A stretch of DNA of 64,000 bases from Acidobacteria subdivision 13 bacterium RH2 MAG17b (GTDB taxonomy: Bacteria > Acidobacteriota > Terriglobia > UBA7540). The notes beneath the pieces were generated by a model. It was given only the letters and a program-made list of their open reading frames with translations. It was not told the DNA's origin and searched no databases. Shown piece after piece: positions 25,124 through 35,558 of the stretch (the stretch's first letter is position 1; each line of letters begins with the position of its first letter). The stretch is from positions 5,803 through 69,802 of the forward strand of contig NFUN01000164.1 of assembly GCA_002197525.1 (NCBI GenBank). Reading direction: 5' to 3'. The translations under genes were made by a program, and so were the position numbers.

Positions 25124-27625
25124 ATGAACCCCGATTACGATCCGCAGGCCATCGAGACCAAGTGGCAGAAACGCTGGGAAGAGTTGCGGCTGTTCGATGC
25201 AGACCCAGACCCCGGCCGCAAGAAGTACTACGTTCTTGAAATGCTGCCTTACCCTTCCGGTGACATTCACATGGGCCACGTGCGCAACTACACGCTGGGC
25301 GACGCCCTGGCGCGTTACAAGTGGATGCGCGGATACAACGTGCTCCATCCCATCGGCTGGGACGCTTTTGGTTTGCCAGCGGAAAACGCAGCGATCAAGC
25401 ACCAACGGCACCCCTCGGAATTCACGTTCAGTTATATCGACCGGATGAGGGGACAGTTGAAGCGGCTCGGGATCAGCTACGACTGGCGGCGGGAGATTGC
25501 CACCTGCGTTCCGGAATACTACCGGTGGAACCAATGGCTTTTCTTGCGCATGTTTGAGCGCGGGTTGGCCTACCGCAAAAAGAGCCGCGTGAACTGGTGC
25601 CCGTTGTGCGAGACGGTGCTGGCTAATGAGCAGGTGGTGGATGGTTGTTGCTGGCGGCACGAGGATACTGCGGTTGAGGAGCGCGATCTCGAGCAGTGGT
25701 TTCTGAAGATCACGGCCTATGCCGAGCGGCTGCTCGAAGACATGAAATCGCTGGTCCGCTGGCCGGAGCGAGTGCTGGCCATGCAGCAGAACTGGATCGG
25801 GAAGTCCAAGGGCGCACTGGTGGACTTCCATCTGAACGGCCTTGATGAATCCTTGCGCGTCTTCACAACAAGAGTGGATACAATTTTTGGCTGCTCGGCG
25901 GTGTTTCTGGCGCCGGAGCATCCGGTGGTAGAAAAGCTGATTGCGCGCTCCGCTTCGCCGGGTGCGCTGCGCGAAGCGGTGGCGCGCGTCAAAACCGCTG
26001 CGGTTCGCACCCGTGTAGAGGTGAACCTGGAAAAACAGGGCGCGCCTACCGGATTTTCAGTCCGCAATCCTTTCAATGGCGAAAACGTTCCGGTGTGGCT
26101 GGCCAATTTTGTTCTTATGGAATACGGTTCCGGCGCCGTGATGGCGGTTCCGGCGCATGACCAGCGCGACTTTGAATTTTGCAACTCCTACGGATTACCG
26201 ATCCGCCAGGTAATCGCTCCAAAAAGCGGCGAGCCGGTAGACTTGAGTAAGGCAGCGTTCGTTGACTATGGCAAGCTTGTGAATTCCGGACCTTTCACCG
26301 GCCTTACCTCAGAGGAGGCCATCGACCGCATGACGCGCGAAGCCGAGCAGAAAGGCTTCGGGCACGGAACCGTGCAGTATCGCATCCGCGACTGGGGGAT
26401 ATCACGGCAGCGCTACTGGGGCACGCCTATTCCGGTTGTATATTGCGATGCCTGCGGCGTGGTTCCCGTTCCGGACAGCGAGCTGCCTGTGGTGCTGCCC
26501 ACCAACGTGAAGTTCACCGGCCGCGGGCCGTCACCGCTCTCCGAAGTTCAAGAGTTCGTTTCCGTCCGATGCCCGAAGTGCGGCGAGCCGGCGCGGCGGG
26601 AGACGGACACGATGGATACGTTCGTCGATTCCTCGTGGTATTTCTATCGCTACACGGACCCTCACATTTCGACCGCGCCCATTGACGCCGAGGCGGTGCG
26701 CTACTGGTTTCCCGTGGACCAATATATAGGCGGCATTGAGCACGCTATCCTCCACCTGATCTATATGAGGTTTTCCACCAAGGTAATGCAGGACATCGGC
26801 CTCGTGAATTTCCCGGAGCCGGTGGCGCGCCTGTTCACGCAGGGCATGGTGATCAAAGACGGCTCCAAGATGTCGAAATCCAAGGGAAATGTGGTAGACC
26901 CCACGCAGATGTCCGCGCGGTACGGCGCGGATACTGTCCGTCTCTATATGCTTTTCGCTGCTCCTCCGGAGCGCGATCTTGAGTGGAGCGATGCTGGAAT
27001 CGAAGGTTTGACGCGCTATTTGAACCGCGTCTACCGGTTGGTGGCGCGGCACGCGGAGCGGCTGCGCGGCGTCGACAGCAAGCGAGGGCGAGGGGTGGCC
27101 GGCTGGGCTCCGGCCGAGCTGACGCCCTCGGAACGGCGGCTGCTTCGTAAAACGCATCAGACGATCGAGCACGTGACCGAAGACATGGAAGGGCGCTGGC
27201 ACTTCAATACCGACGTTGCCATGACGATGGAGCTAGTGAACGAGCTGACCGAGCTAGAGGCGAAGACCGATGAAATTCGCCCGGAAGTTTTCAAAGAATC
27301 GCTCGAATGCCTGGTCCTGATGCTTTCGCTTTTTGCGCCGCACGCCGCCGACGAGCTGTGGGAAGGCTTGGGTCATGCTCAGCCCTGTCTGCGGACTCCC
27401 TGGCCTGTTGCCGATTCGCAGCTATCGGCGGAAGAGGAGCTCGAGCTGCCGGTTCAAGTGAACGGCAAACTGCGTGGCCGGATTAAAGTGGCGGCGGGCA
27501 TGAGTGAAGAGGAAATTCGAGGCCGCGCTCGCGCGGACGAAAAAGTGATGCAACACCTGGACGGGAAGCAGGTGGTGAAAGTGATCGTGGTGCCCGGCAA
27601 GCTCGTGAGCATTGTTGCTAAATAG
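25124..27625 (+). CDS. leuS: Leucine--tRNA ligase
   Basis: [60 protein letters not shown]. Confidence 0.98.
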   Translation: MNPDYDPQAIETKWQKRWEELRLFDADPDPGRKKYYVLEMLPYPSGDIHMGHVRNYTLGDALARYKWMRGYNVLHPIGWDAFGLPAENAAIKHQRHPSEFTFSYIDRMRGQLKRLGISYDWRREIATCVPEYYRWNQWLFLRMFERGLAYRKKSRVNWCPLCETVLANEQVVDGCCWRHEDTAVEERDLEQWFLKITAYAERLLEDMKSLVRWPERVLAMQQNWIGKSKGALVDFHLNGLDESLRVFTTRVDTIFGCSAVFLAPEHPVVEKLIARSASPGALREAVARVKTAAVRTRVEVNLEKQGAPTGFSVRNPFNGENVPVWLANFVLMEYGSGAVMAVPAHDQRDFEFCNSYGLPIRQVIAPKSGEPVDLSKAAFVDYGKLVNSGPFTGLTSEEAIDRMTREAEQKGFGHGTVQYRIRDWGISRQRYWGTPIPVVYCDACGVVPVPDSELPVVLPTNVKFTGRGPSPLSEVQEFVSVRCPKCGEPARRETDTMDTFVDSSWYFYRYTDPHISTAPIDAEAVRYWFPVDQYIGGIEHAILHLIYMRFSTKVMQDIGLVNFPEPVARLFTQGMVIKDGSKMSKSKGNVVDPTQMSARYGADTVRLYMLFAAPPERDLEWSDAGIEGLTRYLNRVYRLVARHAERLRGVDSKRGRGVAGWAPAELTPSERRLLRKTHQTIEHVTEDMEGRWHFNTDVAMTMELVNELTELEAKTDEIRPEVFKESLECLVLMLSLFAPHAADELWEGLGHAQPCLRTPWPVADSQLSAEEELELPVQVNGKLRGRIKVAAGMSEEEIRGRARADEKVMQHLDGKQVVKVIVVPGKLVSIVAK

Positions 27626-27630
27626 TTGAG

Positions 27631-29169
27631 ATGAATTCCATCCACCCCATTGTAGTGATTGATTTCGGTTCGCAGTATACGCAACTGATCGCCCGCCGCA
27701 TCCGGGAGATGCACGTCGCGGCGGTGATCGTTCCCTGCTCTAAACCGTTCGAAGAAATCGCGGCGATGAAGCCGCCGGGGGTTATTCTCTCCGGCGGTCC
27801 CGCCTCGGTGTACGACCCGGCCTCTCCTAAAGGCGACGCGCGCATTTTCAAGCTGGGCGCGCCGGTGCTTGGAATCTGTTACGGTTTCCAATGGATGGCA
27901 GCGGCGCTTGGAGGAACGGTTGAACCGGCAGCGCGGCGCGAGTACGGGTTTGCGCAACTGGAGATTTTGAATCCCACGGCGCTTCTCGCCGGGCTGCCTT
28001 CACCGCTCCGCGTCTGGAACAGCCACGGCGATCACGTAACCGCCGTACCCCCAGGTTTCCGTGTAACCGGACGGACGGAAAACGCCATCTCAGTGATGGA
28101 AAATCCGGATGCCGGGATGTACGCCGTCGAATTCCACCCAGAAGTGCGGCATACGGATCAAGGTGAGCAAATCCTCAAGCGATTTGTCCTTGATCTATGC
28201 GGGGTGAAACCGAATTGGTTTCCATCTTCGTTTATCGAAAATACCGTGCAGAAAATCCAGGAGCAAGTTGGAGAAGAGCGCGTCATTTGTGCGCTCTCCG
28301 GAGGTGTGGACTCGCTGGTTGCAGCAACGCTCGTGGGTCGCGCCGTCGGCGACCGGTTGATGTGCGTTTTCGTGAACAATGGCTTATTGCGCCAGAACGA
28401 ATTTGAAAAGGTTACGGCGGCTCTCGCCCGCCAGGCTCATCTGAACGTTCGGGCTGTGGACCATTCCACCCGCTTTCTGGTCCGATTGCGTGGTGTAACC
28501 GACCCTGAAGAGAAGCGCAAGATAATTGGGGAAGAGTTCATTCGCGTTTTCGAGGAGGAAGCCGGGAAACTAGGTCCTATTCGATTTTTGGTGCAGGGCA
28601 CGCTCTACCCGGATGTTATCGAATCGGTTTCCGTAAAGGGGCCTGCCGCCACCATCAAGAGCCATCACAACGTCGGCGGCTTGCCCCCGGATCTAAAATT
28701 TGAACTCGTCGAACCGCTACGCGAGCTTTTTAAAGATGAGGTGCGTTTGGTGGGACGGGAATTGGGGCTAGACGAAGATCTGACGGGCCGCCAACCTTTC
28801 CCTGGACCGGGGCTTGCGATACGAATCGTGGGCGAGGTCACAGAAGACCGCCTGCGGATGGTTCGCGAGGCAGACTCCATTCTGCAAGAAGAGGTCCGCA
28901 AGGCCGATCTCTACCGCCGTTTGTGGCAATCATTTGCCGTGCTGCTACCAGTGTTCACCGTTGGGGTTATGGGAGACGCGCGAAGTTACGGATCAGTCAT
29001 CGCGTTGAGGGCTGTGGAATCAGAAGATGGGATGACCGCGGACTGGGCGAAGCTGCCTTCTGATCTGCTTTCGCGAGTGGCGACTCGAATTGTTAACGAA
29101 GTGAAAGGGGTGAACCGCGTGGTGCTGGACGTCACTTCGAAGCCGCCAGGAACCATCGAATGGGAATAG
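27631..29169 (+). CDS. guaA: GMP synthase (glutamine-hydrolysing)
   Basis: [55 protein letters not shown]. Confidence 0.98.
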   Translation: MNSIHPIVVIDFGSQYTQLIARRIREMHVAAVIVPCSKPFEEIAAMKPPGVILSGGPASVYDPASPKGDARIFKLGAPVLGICYGFQWMAAALGGTVEPAARREYGFAQLEILNPTALLAGLPSPLRVWNSHGDHVTAVPPGFRVTGRTENAISVMENPDAGMYAVEFHPEVRHTDQGEQILKRFVLDLCGVKPNWFPSSFIENTVQKIQEQVGEERVICALSGGVDSLVAATLVGRAVGDRLMCVFVNNGLLRQNEFEKVTAALARQAHLNVRAVDHSTRFLVRLRGVTDPEEKRKIIGEEFIRVFEEEAGKLGPIRFLVQGTLYPDVIESVSVKGPAATIKSHHNVGGLPPDLKFELVEPLRELFKDEVRLVGRELGLDEDLTGRQPFPGPGLAIRIVGEVTEDRLRMVREADSILQEEVRKADLYRRLWQSFAVLLPVFTVGVMGDARSYGSVIALRAVESEDGMTADWAKLPSDLLSRVATRIVNEVKGVNRVVLDVTSKPPGTIEWE

Positions 29170-29229
29170 GCACACGCATAACGCCAAAACTGGAGGCATA
29201 CCCAGTTTAAGACGGTGCGCCTGAGCAAC

Positions 29230-29604
29230 CTACCGGCTGGCTAGCTTCTGAGCCATATACAGCAGTAGTTGCCGGTCTTTTTCTTCAATGCGATCGAGGG
29301 TGCGCCGCACCTTCTCAAAGAAACGGACCTGCTTTTCCGTTTCCTCGTCAACAGCCAGTTCTTCAGGAGACTGTCTGCTGCTTAAATTGGGCAATAGCGG
29401 GGGATCGTCACCCTCGAAGAAGAGCTGATATAGGGGGACTTCCAATGCCGACGCCAGCCTTTCCAAGGTCTCTAGGGAAGGGACGGTGTGTCCGTTTTCG
29501 ACCCGGGAAATGTAGCAGCGCAGCAACCCGGTGCGCTTTTCGATGTCGCCTTGAGAGAGGTTCTTCTCTTCTCTGAGTTTTCTGAGCCGACGTCCTATAA
29601 CCAT
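29230..29604 (-). CDS. XRE-family helix-turn-helix regulator
   Basis: RLRKLREEKNLSQGDIEKRTGLLRCYISRVENGHTVPSLETL. Confidence 0.9.
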   Translation of the reverse strand: MVIGRRLRKLREEKNLSQGDIEKRTGLLRCYISRVENGHTVPSLETLERLASALEVPLYQLFFEGDDPPLLPNLSSRQSPEELAVDEETEKQVRFFEKVRRTLDRIEEKDRQLLLYMAQKLASR

Positions 29605-29613
29605 AATGAAAAC

Positions 29614-29642
29614 ATCATGTCATATTGTATCAAGTTAGTCAA
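29614..29642 (-). promoter_or_regulatory. sigma70-like promoter giving a near-leaderless XRE mRNA
   Basis: TTGACT-17-(TG)CATGAT ends 10 nt before the ATG; no SD. Confidence 0.5.
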
Positions 29643-29683
29643 CTAAAATTTCTATTAATGTTTAATCGGCCCCCTCCCTGAGT

Positions 29684-29725
29684 CCTGTAACCTTCGGGGC
29701 TTTTGCTTCGTAAATAGGTTACAGG
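29684..29725 (+). promoter_or_regulatory. ECF-type promoter embedded in a 10-bp inverted repeat
   Basis: GTAACC-16-CGTAAA (29687-29714) fits AAC/CGT ECF promoters; CCTGTAACCT (29684-93) and AGGTTACAGG (29716-25) are perfect inverted repeats. Confidence 0.55.
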
Positions 29726-29747
29726 GATAAAGAGCAATGGACACCGG

Positions 29748-30332
29748 ATGGAGAACGAGGCCCAAGACCGGCAGGAAGTTGAGTGGATCGAGCGCGCTCA
29801 AGATGGGGGAGCGGAGGCATTTGGGCTGCTGGTGGAGCGATACCACCGCAAGGTTTTTTCCCTGGTTTTTCACATTGTTCGGCAACCGGATGATGTCGAG
29901 GACTTGTCTCAGGAAATTTTTCTCAAGGTTTTCCGCGCGATCCGGAGTTACAATTTTCGCGCTCCGTTCCGTGCTTGGCTGTCTCGGATCGCAATAAACC
30001 ATTGCTATGATTTCTTGCGCCGACAGAAGGCTTCGAAGGTCAACTACTACTGGCAGCTCACGGAAGAAGGCCGGCGGAAGGTGGATACAAGCCAGGAGCC
30101 CCGAGCGCTTGGCAGGCTGAATATTGAGGAAGAAGCTAGCCTGAAAGACTTGGTGTGGAAACTGCTGGACCGGGCTCCGCCTGAGGACCGCGTGGTGCTG
30201 GTCATGAAAGAGATGCAGAGCCTTTCCGTAGAAGAAATCGCCGAGATTTTGAATTGGAGTAGGAGCAAAGTAAAGGTGCGGCTGCACAGGGCCCGCAAGC
30301 GAATGTTGGCGGATTTGAAGCGATGGCGTTAA
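29748..30332 (+). CDS. ECF RNA polymerase sigma factor
   Basis: AFGLLVERY, VEDLSQEIFLK, WLSRIAINHC, EEIAEIL...VKVRLHRAR. Confidence 0.93.
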   Translation: MENEAQDRQEVEWIERAQDGGAEAFGLLVERYHRKVFSLVFHIVRQPDDVEDLSQEIFLKVFRAIRSYNFRAPFRAWLSRIAINHCYDFLRRQKASKVNYYWQLTEEGRRKVDTSQEPRALGRLNIEEEASLKDLVWKLLDRAPPEDRVVLVMKEMQSLSVEEIAEILNWSRSKVKVRLHRARKRMLADLKRWR

Positions 30333-30344
30333 GGGAGAAAAGTC

Positions 30345-30821
30345 ATGCGTTGCAACAAAGTTCAGAAACAGATTGAGGATCTCGGGGAAGCAGGCTTGGC
30401 CGGAGCGGCACGGCGCCACTTTGAGGTTTGTGGTTCTTGCCAAACTTACGCTCAAGACGCTGTTGCACTGAGGACGGGTCTGCGCCTCCTGGCCCAGGAG
30501 GCCGGCCCCAGTCCTTCCTGGGGATTCACGGCCCGTGTTCTTCGTAACCTCGGTAAAATTTCCCCCCGTAAATTCCAGGCCTCGGAATTCTTCGAAAGCG
30601 CGGGCCGCCGGGTCGTGTTGGCGACGCTGTTGCTCGTGTTGACTCTTTTCTTGGCTATGATTCTGCCCGCCACCGGGCCGCTCAGGCAGTCTACTCAGTT
30701 GGATGCGTACTGGCCCCGCGGCCAGACTGCGAACGGATACTATTCCGCTCAAATGGGCGACTTTCCTGCGGTCCCGGCAGTGATGGATGTGTCTGTCCGG
30801 GAAGCGGCCTTTCATCGATAA
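30345..30821 (+). CDS. Putative zinc-binding (ZAS) membrane anti-sigma factor
   Basis: N-terminal C...HFEVCGSC (HxxxCxxC), single TM helix; directly downstream of the ECF gene. Confidence 0.75.
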   Translation: MRCNKVQKQIEDLGEAGLAGAARRHFEVCGSCQTYAQDAVALRTGLRLLAQEAGPSPSWGFTARVLRNLGKISPRKFQASEFFESAGRRVVLATLLLVLTLFLAMILPATGPLRQSTQLDAYWPRGQTANGYYSAQMGDFPAVPAVMDVSVREAAFHR

Positions 30822-30824
30822 CTC

Positions 30825-31196
30825 ATGACGCGTCGCGCTTATCTTTATTTCGTGGTCACGTTCATCACCGGTATAGCGGTGGGGGGAGCAGGAGTATACT
30901 ATTCCGCTTGGCGGGCTGGCTTCTGGCATCACCCCTGGAATGAGAATGCGGCCATCCACCGAATGACACGGCGTTTGGATTTGGCGCCACCCCAGGTTCA
31001 GGAACTTCGCGCTATTATGGACAATACCGTAAAGCAATGGAATCAGATCCAGGACCAGATGAAACCGCAGCTCGACGCCTTACATAAACAGACAGACGAC
31101 CGCATCCGCCAGATTCTGAACACCGGTCAACAAAAGAAATTCGATGCCTTAGTACTGGAACACGAAAGACATGAAAAACATGAAAAGAAAAGGTAA
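30825..31196 (+). CDS. Membrane-anchored periplasmic helical protein (Spy/CpxP/heavy-metal-sensor-like)
   Basis: N-terminal TM, RRLDLAPPQVQEL and RIRQILNTGQQKKF (LTxxQ-like) repeats; third gene of the ECF module. Confidence 0.65.
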   Translation: MTRRAYLYFVVTFITGIAVGGAGVYYSAWRAGFWHHPWNENAAIHRMTRRLDLAPPQVQELRAIMDNTVKQWNQIQDQMKPQLDALHKQTDDRIRQILNTGQQKKFDALVLEHERHEKHEKKR

Positions 31197-31426
31197 TCGA
31201 ATGGAATCCCTGCCGCGTGGTCTTGCCGATTCGTAAACGCTTGAAGCATACTCCTGACCCGCCATTTCAGCTTCACGTCAAGTAATGCAGATCAGGTTTT
31301 GAAGTGATTTTCCGTTAGCATCGAGTTTTTCTTCAGGCCGCTCGTCTCAGCAATGAGACCCGCCCTTAACCGCCGCGTTGCGCGTACGCCGCGCCTTCCT
31401 GAGTTCCTCCGTAAGTCACCGGTTTG

Positions 31427-31509
31427 CCACTACATGTAGTGTTGGCATATTCCTTCTAGCCTGTTGGTTGTGGCTCGCTCTGTACATTTAATACCTTCCG
31501 TGCTAGGCT
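31427..31509 (+). promoter_or_regulatory. NrdR-box-like palindrome and promoter upstream of smc
   Basis: Perfect 14-bp palindrome CACTACATGTAGTG (31428-31441), degenerate partner CTGTTGGTTG 31 bp downstream, then TGTACA-17-(TG)TAGGCT (31481-31509). Confidence 0.55.
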
Positions 31510-31747
31510 TTCCCCATCAGTGAAAGGGATTCTCGCGTGATACTTCAGTCAGTGCGCCAGCACGGATGACCGAGCCGAAGCGAGTAGACCTGCCGTCGCG
31601 CCGCCCGCTCTGGGTTCGGAAGTGGGAGGAGCGCTCTTTCTATTCAAGGCACATTTTTTGCGGCAACCCGGGCCGTGAATCAATGCAAAAAACCGGCACA
31701 CCTGCGGTTCTGGCGGGGGGAGGCGTCTGCTTGGGAAGGAGTCTAAG

Positions 31748-34700
31748 ATGCTGAAACTTCGAGAGATCGAATTGCTTGGTTTTAAATCATTTGCAGACCG
31801 GACCAGGCTCGTATGTGATGGCAGTACGGTCGCCATTGTGGGTCCGAATGGGTGCGGCAAATCCAACTTGGCGGACGCGGTAAGCTGGGTTCTAGGCGAG
31901 CAGAGCGCTCGAATGCTGCGGGGCGAGCGGATGTCTGACGTGATTTTTAACGGAGCGGGCGGGCGCCAGCCGATTGGGATGGCGGAAGTAAGCATTACTC
32001 TCACCGAAACCGAAGACCAGGCTACCGGAACAGGTTCATCGATGAAGGCTTCAGAAACGCCTCCAGCTAGTCATGCGGAATCGTCCGATGCGAACGCCGA
32101 GAGTGAGTATCCGGCGGTCCGCGCCAAGCGGGACCTCACATGCCTGCCCGGTGAGATCAAAGTCACGCGCCGTCTGTTTCGGTCCGGAGAAAGTGAGTAT
32201 CTGCTGAATGGCGAAACCTGCCGGCTGCGAGACATCCAGGACATTTTCATGGGGACAGGCCTGGGGCCGGAATCCTACGCGATCATCGAGCAAGGGCGCA
32301 TTGGACAGATATTGAGCTCCAAACCTTCCGACCGCCGGGCAATCATTGAGGAGGCGGCTGGAGTTTCCAAGTTCAAGTCTCGCAAGCGGCTGGCCGAGGC
32401 GAAGCTCGAATCGTCGCGCCAGAACCTTGCTCGCATCCACGACATCCTCGAAGAAATCTCGAAACATGTCAATTCGCTTAAGCGGCAGGCCTCGAAGGCG
32501 GCCCGCTACCGCGAGCTGCAACAGGATCTGCGATCGCGCCAAAGGCGGGTGTTTGCCTCGCGCCTTATCGCTCTCGAAGGCCAATGCGGGAAGCTCCGGC
32601 AGAATCTGGCGGTGATTCAGGAGAAGTGTGCAAGGGCTATGCAGAGGCTTGAAACCCTCGACCGCGAGCGAGCAGCGGCAGCCCTGCGCTATGAACAACT
32701 TGAAGAGGAATTTAAGCCGCTTCGCGAGCAACTCCTCACAAATGAGCTTGAAGCAGAGCGGCTGCGTTCCCGCCTGGAAATGGCCAGACAGCAGCGCGAG
32801 GTTTTGGAGTCCCGCGCGGGCGAGGCGGAGCAGGAACGGATCCGGCTTGAAAATCAGGCGCAACGCCTGGAGGAACAAGCACGGGAACTGGCTGACGGAG
32901 CTGAACGCCTGAGGTTGGAATGGTCCGACGCCAAAGAAAATGTGGCGCAATGGGCCAGCCGCCAAGCTGAGATTGCCAGCCAACTCACCGCGAGAGAGGC
33001 GGAAGTCGAATTCAGGCGCAGGGACGCAGTTTCGGCGGTGAGCCGCGCAGCGGAGCTTCGCAACCAGATGGTCAAGGCGGAGGAGATGAGCGCTTCTCTC
33101 GAACGCCAGCTTGACCGGGTTGAGTCTGAGCGGGAGGCCGCAGAAGAGAATTCCCGCCGCTTTTCCGCAGAGCTCGAAGCCGTCGGAGTGGAAAGCCGGC
33201 ACAGCGAAGAGCTTTTGAGCGGCTTGAGCCAAGCCGTGGCCCAGTCGGAGGCGGCCCTCGACCGGACGTGGGCGGAGGAATCAGCAATGCACGCGGCGGT
33301 CGAAGAGTTGAGGCACGCAATCTCGCAGGCGTCGGCGCGCAAGCAGGCTCTAGAGGAATCTTTAGCGCGGCACGCGTATTCGACCGAGAGCGTACGCCGG
33401 CTTCTTTCCGCCTCAGAAGTGGATTTCCGGCCGCTTGGCTTGCTGGCGGATTTTCTAGAGGTCGCTCCGGGCTACGAAGAGATTGTGGAGGAGTTCCTCA
33501 AGGCCGAGTTGGATTGCGTGGTGGTCGAAGGGTATGACCAGGTGCGTGGCGGAATAGCGCTGTTGCGGAACGAAGGGAGCGGCCGGTCCGCCTTTTTTGT
33601 CCGCAATTTCTCCTCGAATGGACATGGGAACGGAATGCGCGCCCCGGAAAGCAGCTTAGTGAGACCTCAACCGGGCGTGGTCGCCTCGTTTGAGGAATTG
33701 GTTCGCTTTGAGCCCCGCCTGGGGCTCAACGGCGACGTGGCGTTCCCGATTCTTTCCACATCGTTTGTTGTCGAGGATGCTGCGGCCGCAGAGAGGCTCT
33801 CGGCCGCGTATCCCTTCTGCCATTTCGTCACGCTAAAAGGTGAACACTATCATCACCGTCTAGTGGCAGGTGGCAAAGGCGCAAGTGCCGGACCGTTGGC
33901 GCTGCGCCGCGATTTTCGCGACCTTGAACGCCGCGTGGCAGAGCTTCAGTCGGCTTTAACGCAAGCCGAGGAGCATTGGGCCGCGGCGCGCTCCCTGCTT
34001 GGGGACGCGGAAGAGAAGGTTCGGCGCCTCACGGCAGAAAAGCTCAGTGCAGAAAAGCAGTCGGTCCTTGCGAGTGAAAAGCTTCGGCAGGCCCGGGAGT
34101 CAGCCCAACAGTCGGCGGAGCGAGTGGCTAGCCTGCGGCATGAGTCCGCGATGCTGGCTGAAGAGCGCAATGAGATCGGACGGCGCTCGGATGCCCTGCG
34201 GGCTGAGCTTGAGAGCGCCCGCGCGGAGCAGCAGCAAAGCGAACTGCAAGCGAACGCAGCGGTGGGGGCAGCGCGGGCCTTGCGCGCCGAACTCGATCAT
34301 GTGAGCCAGACACTCACTACCGAGCGGGTGAAGGCAGGCGCGTTGGAAGAGCGTTGGAGAGCGGCTGAGGCTGACCGGTCGCGTGTTGACTCGGAGGGGA
34401 TCGCGGCTCGCGAGAAGCTCGCCCGCCTCACGGCGCAGGCCAGAGCCTGGGATGACGAGCGGCGGCGGCTTGAAGGCGAAACGGATGATATACAGCACAT
34501 GCTGGCCGAGGCGGAGGCGCGTCACCAGGAACTGGGAGGCCAATTGCGCGCTCGCGAAGAAGAGTCGCGGCGTTCCCGCGCCCAGCGGGATGATCTCCAG
34601 CCGCAAGTGGAAGCCGCCCGCGCCACGCTGGATTTGTATCGCGATAAGAAGTCTGAGGCTGAGGTGATCCTAGCTCGCGCCGAATCCGACCTGAGCCATC

Positions 34701-35464
34701 ACCTCCACCAGTGCCGTGAAGAGCTGGCGTCGGAGCCGGAGAGCCTTCGAGAGGAAATGTCTACGGAAGACTTGCTTGAAGGCAAGCCCTTGCAGGAGGC
34801 TGAAGCAGAGTTGCGTGAGATCAAAGACCGCATCGAGCGCTTAGGACCAGTGAATATGATGGCTCTCGAAGAATTGCAAGAAGCCGAAGAGCGCCTGAAT
34901 TTTCTCGAAACGCAGCGCCAGGATTTGCTCGCCTCAATCAACGATACCATGCAGACCATCCGGAAAATCGATGATGTTTCGCGGCGCAAATTCGTGGATG
35001 CCTTCGAGGTGATCAACGGTTTTTTTGCGGAGACTTTCCGCACCCTGTTTGGCGGCGGAGTAGGCGAGATGCGTTTCAGCGACGAGGCGGATCCCGAAAG
35101 CGGCATCGACCTCGTGGCGCAGCCGCCCGGCAAGCGTTTGCAAAACGTGCTGCTTCTTTCAGGCGGCGAAAAAGCGCTGACGGCGCTTGCCTTACTCATC
35201 GCTGTTTTCCGTTTTACGCCCAGCCCGTTTTGCATTCTTGATGAAGTGGATGCTCCGCTCGATGAATCGAATGTGGTTCGCTTCACGCGCTTGATCGACC
35301 AGATGAGCGAAAAGACGCAATTCATTTTGGTCACGCACAACAAGCGCACCATGGAGGTCTGCCGCACGCTGTACGGCGTCACCATGCAGGAACCCGGGGT
35401 TTCAAAACTTGTTTCCGTCAGGTTTGAAGCGAAGGAGCCTGAACCGGTCGCCGTGCCGGCCTAG
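31748..35464 (+). CDS. smc: Chromosome segregation protein SMC
   Basis: GFKSF, GPNGCGKSN, long coiled coils with hinge, LGPVNM, LSGGEK, ILDEVDAPLD, VTHNK. Confidence 0.97.
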   Translation: MLKLREIELLGFKSFADRTRLVCDGSTVAIVGPNGCGKSNLADAVSWVLGEQSARMLRGERMSDVIFNGAGGRQPIGMAEVSITLTETEDQATGTGSSMKASETPPASHAESSDANAESEYPAVRAKRDLTCLPGEIKVTRRLFRSGESEYLLNGETCRLRDIQDIFMGTGLGPESYAIIEQGRIGQILSSKPSDRRAIIEEAAGVSKFKSRKRLAEAKLESSRQNLARIHDILEEISKHVNSLKRQASKAARYRELQQDLRSRQRRVFASRLIALEGQCGKLRQNLAVIQEKCARAMQRLETLDRERAAAALRYEQLEEEFKPLREQLLTNELEAERLRSRLEMARQQREVLESRAGEAEQERIRLENQAQRLEEQARELADGAERLRLEWSDAKENVAQWASRQAEIASQLTAREAEVEFRRRDAVSAVSRAAELRNQMVKAEEMSASLERQLDRVESEREAAEENSRRFSAELEAVGVESRHSEELLSGLSQAVAQSEAALDRTWAEESAMHAAVEELRHAISQASARKQALEESLARHAYSTESVRRLLSASEVDFRPLGLLADFLEVAPGYEEIVEEFLKAELDCVVVEGYDQVRGGIALLRNEGSGRSAFFVRNFSSNGHGNGMRAPESSLVRPQPGVVASFEELVRFEPRLGLNGDVAFPILSTSFVVEDAAAAERLSAAYPFCHFVTLKGEHYHHRLVAGGKGASAGPLALRRDFRDLERRVAELQSALTQAEEHWAAARSLLGDAEEKVRRLTAEKLSAEKQSVLASEKLRQARESAQQSAERVASLRHESAMLAEERNEIGRRSDALRAELESARAEQQQSELQANAAVGAARALRAELDHVSQTLTTERVKAGALEERWRAAEADRSRVDSEGIAAREKLARLTAQARAWDDERRRLEGETDDIQHMLAEAEARHQELGGQLRAREEESRRSRAQRDDLQPQVEAARATLDLYRDKKSEAEVILARAESDLSHHLHQCREELASEPESLREEMSTEDLLEGKPLQEAEAELREIKDRIERLGPVNMMALEELQEAEERLNFLETQRQDLLASINDTMQTIRKIDDVSRRKFVDAFEVINGFFAETFRTLFGGGVGEMRFSDEADPESGIDLVAQPPGKRLQNVLLLSGGEKALTALALLIAVFRFTPSPFCILDEVDAPLDESNVVRFTRLIDQMSEKTQFILVTHNKRTMEVCRTLYGVTMQEPGVSKLVSVRFEAKEPEPVAVPA

Positions 35465-35558
35465 CATTTCGCGGCTCAGAAGCTCGCGCCCTCTTCGGGT
35501 TCCAACGCAAGCCGCGAAGTATTCAGAGCCAGGCAAGTTCCCGCCCCGTGCGTCGCTA

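Noticed and set aside
29655-31037. 460-aa minus-strand ORF
   Set aside because: Antisense shadow across the ECF, anti-sigma and periplasmic genes; no motifs. The same applies to other long antisense ORFs such as 1093-2223, 5924-6958, 32051-33232 and 38563-39906.
31748-35464. SMC-like defence system (Wadjet/MksBEF)
   Set aside because: The sequence is a canonical Smc and no jet/mks partner genes are adjacent.
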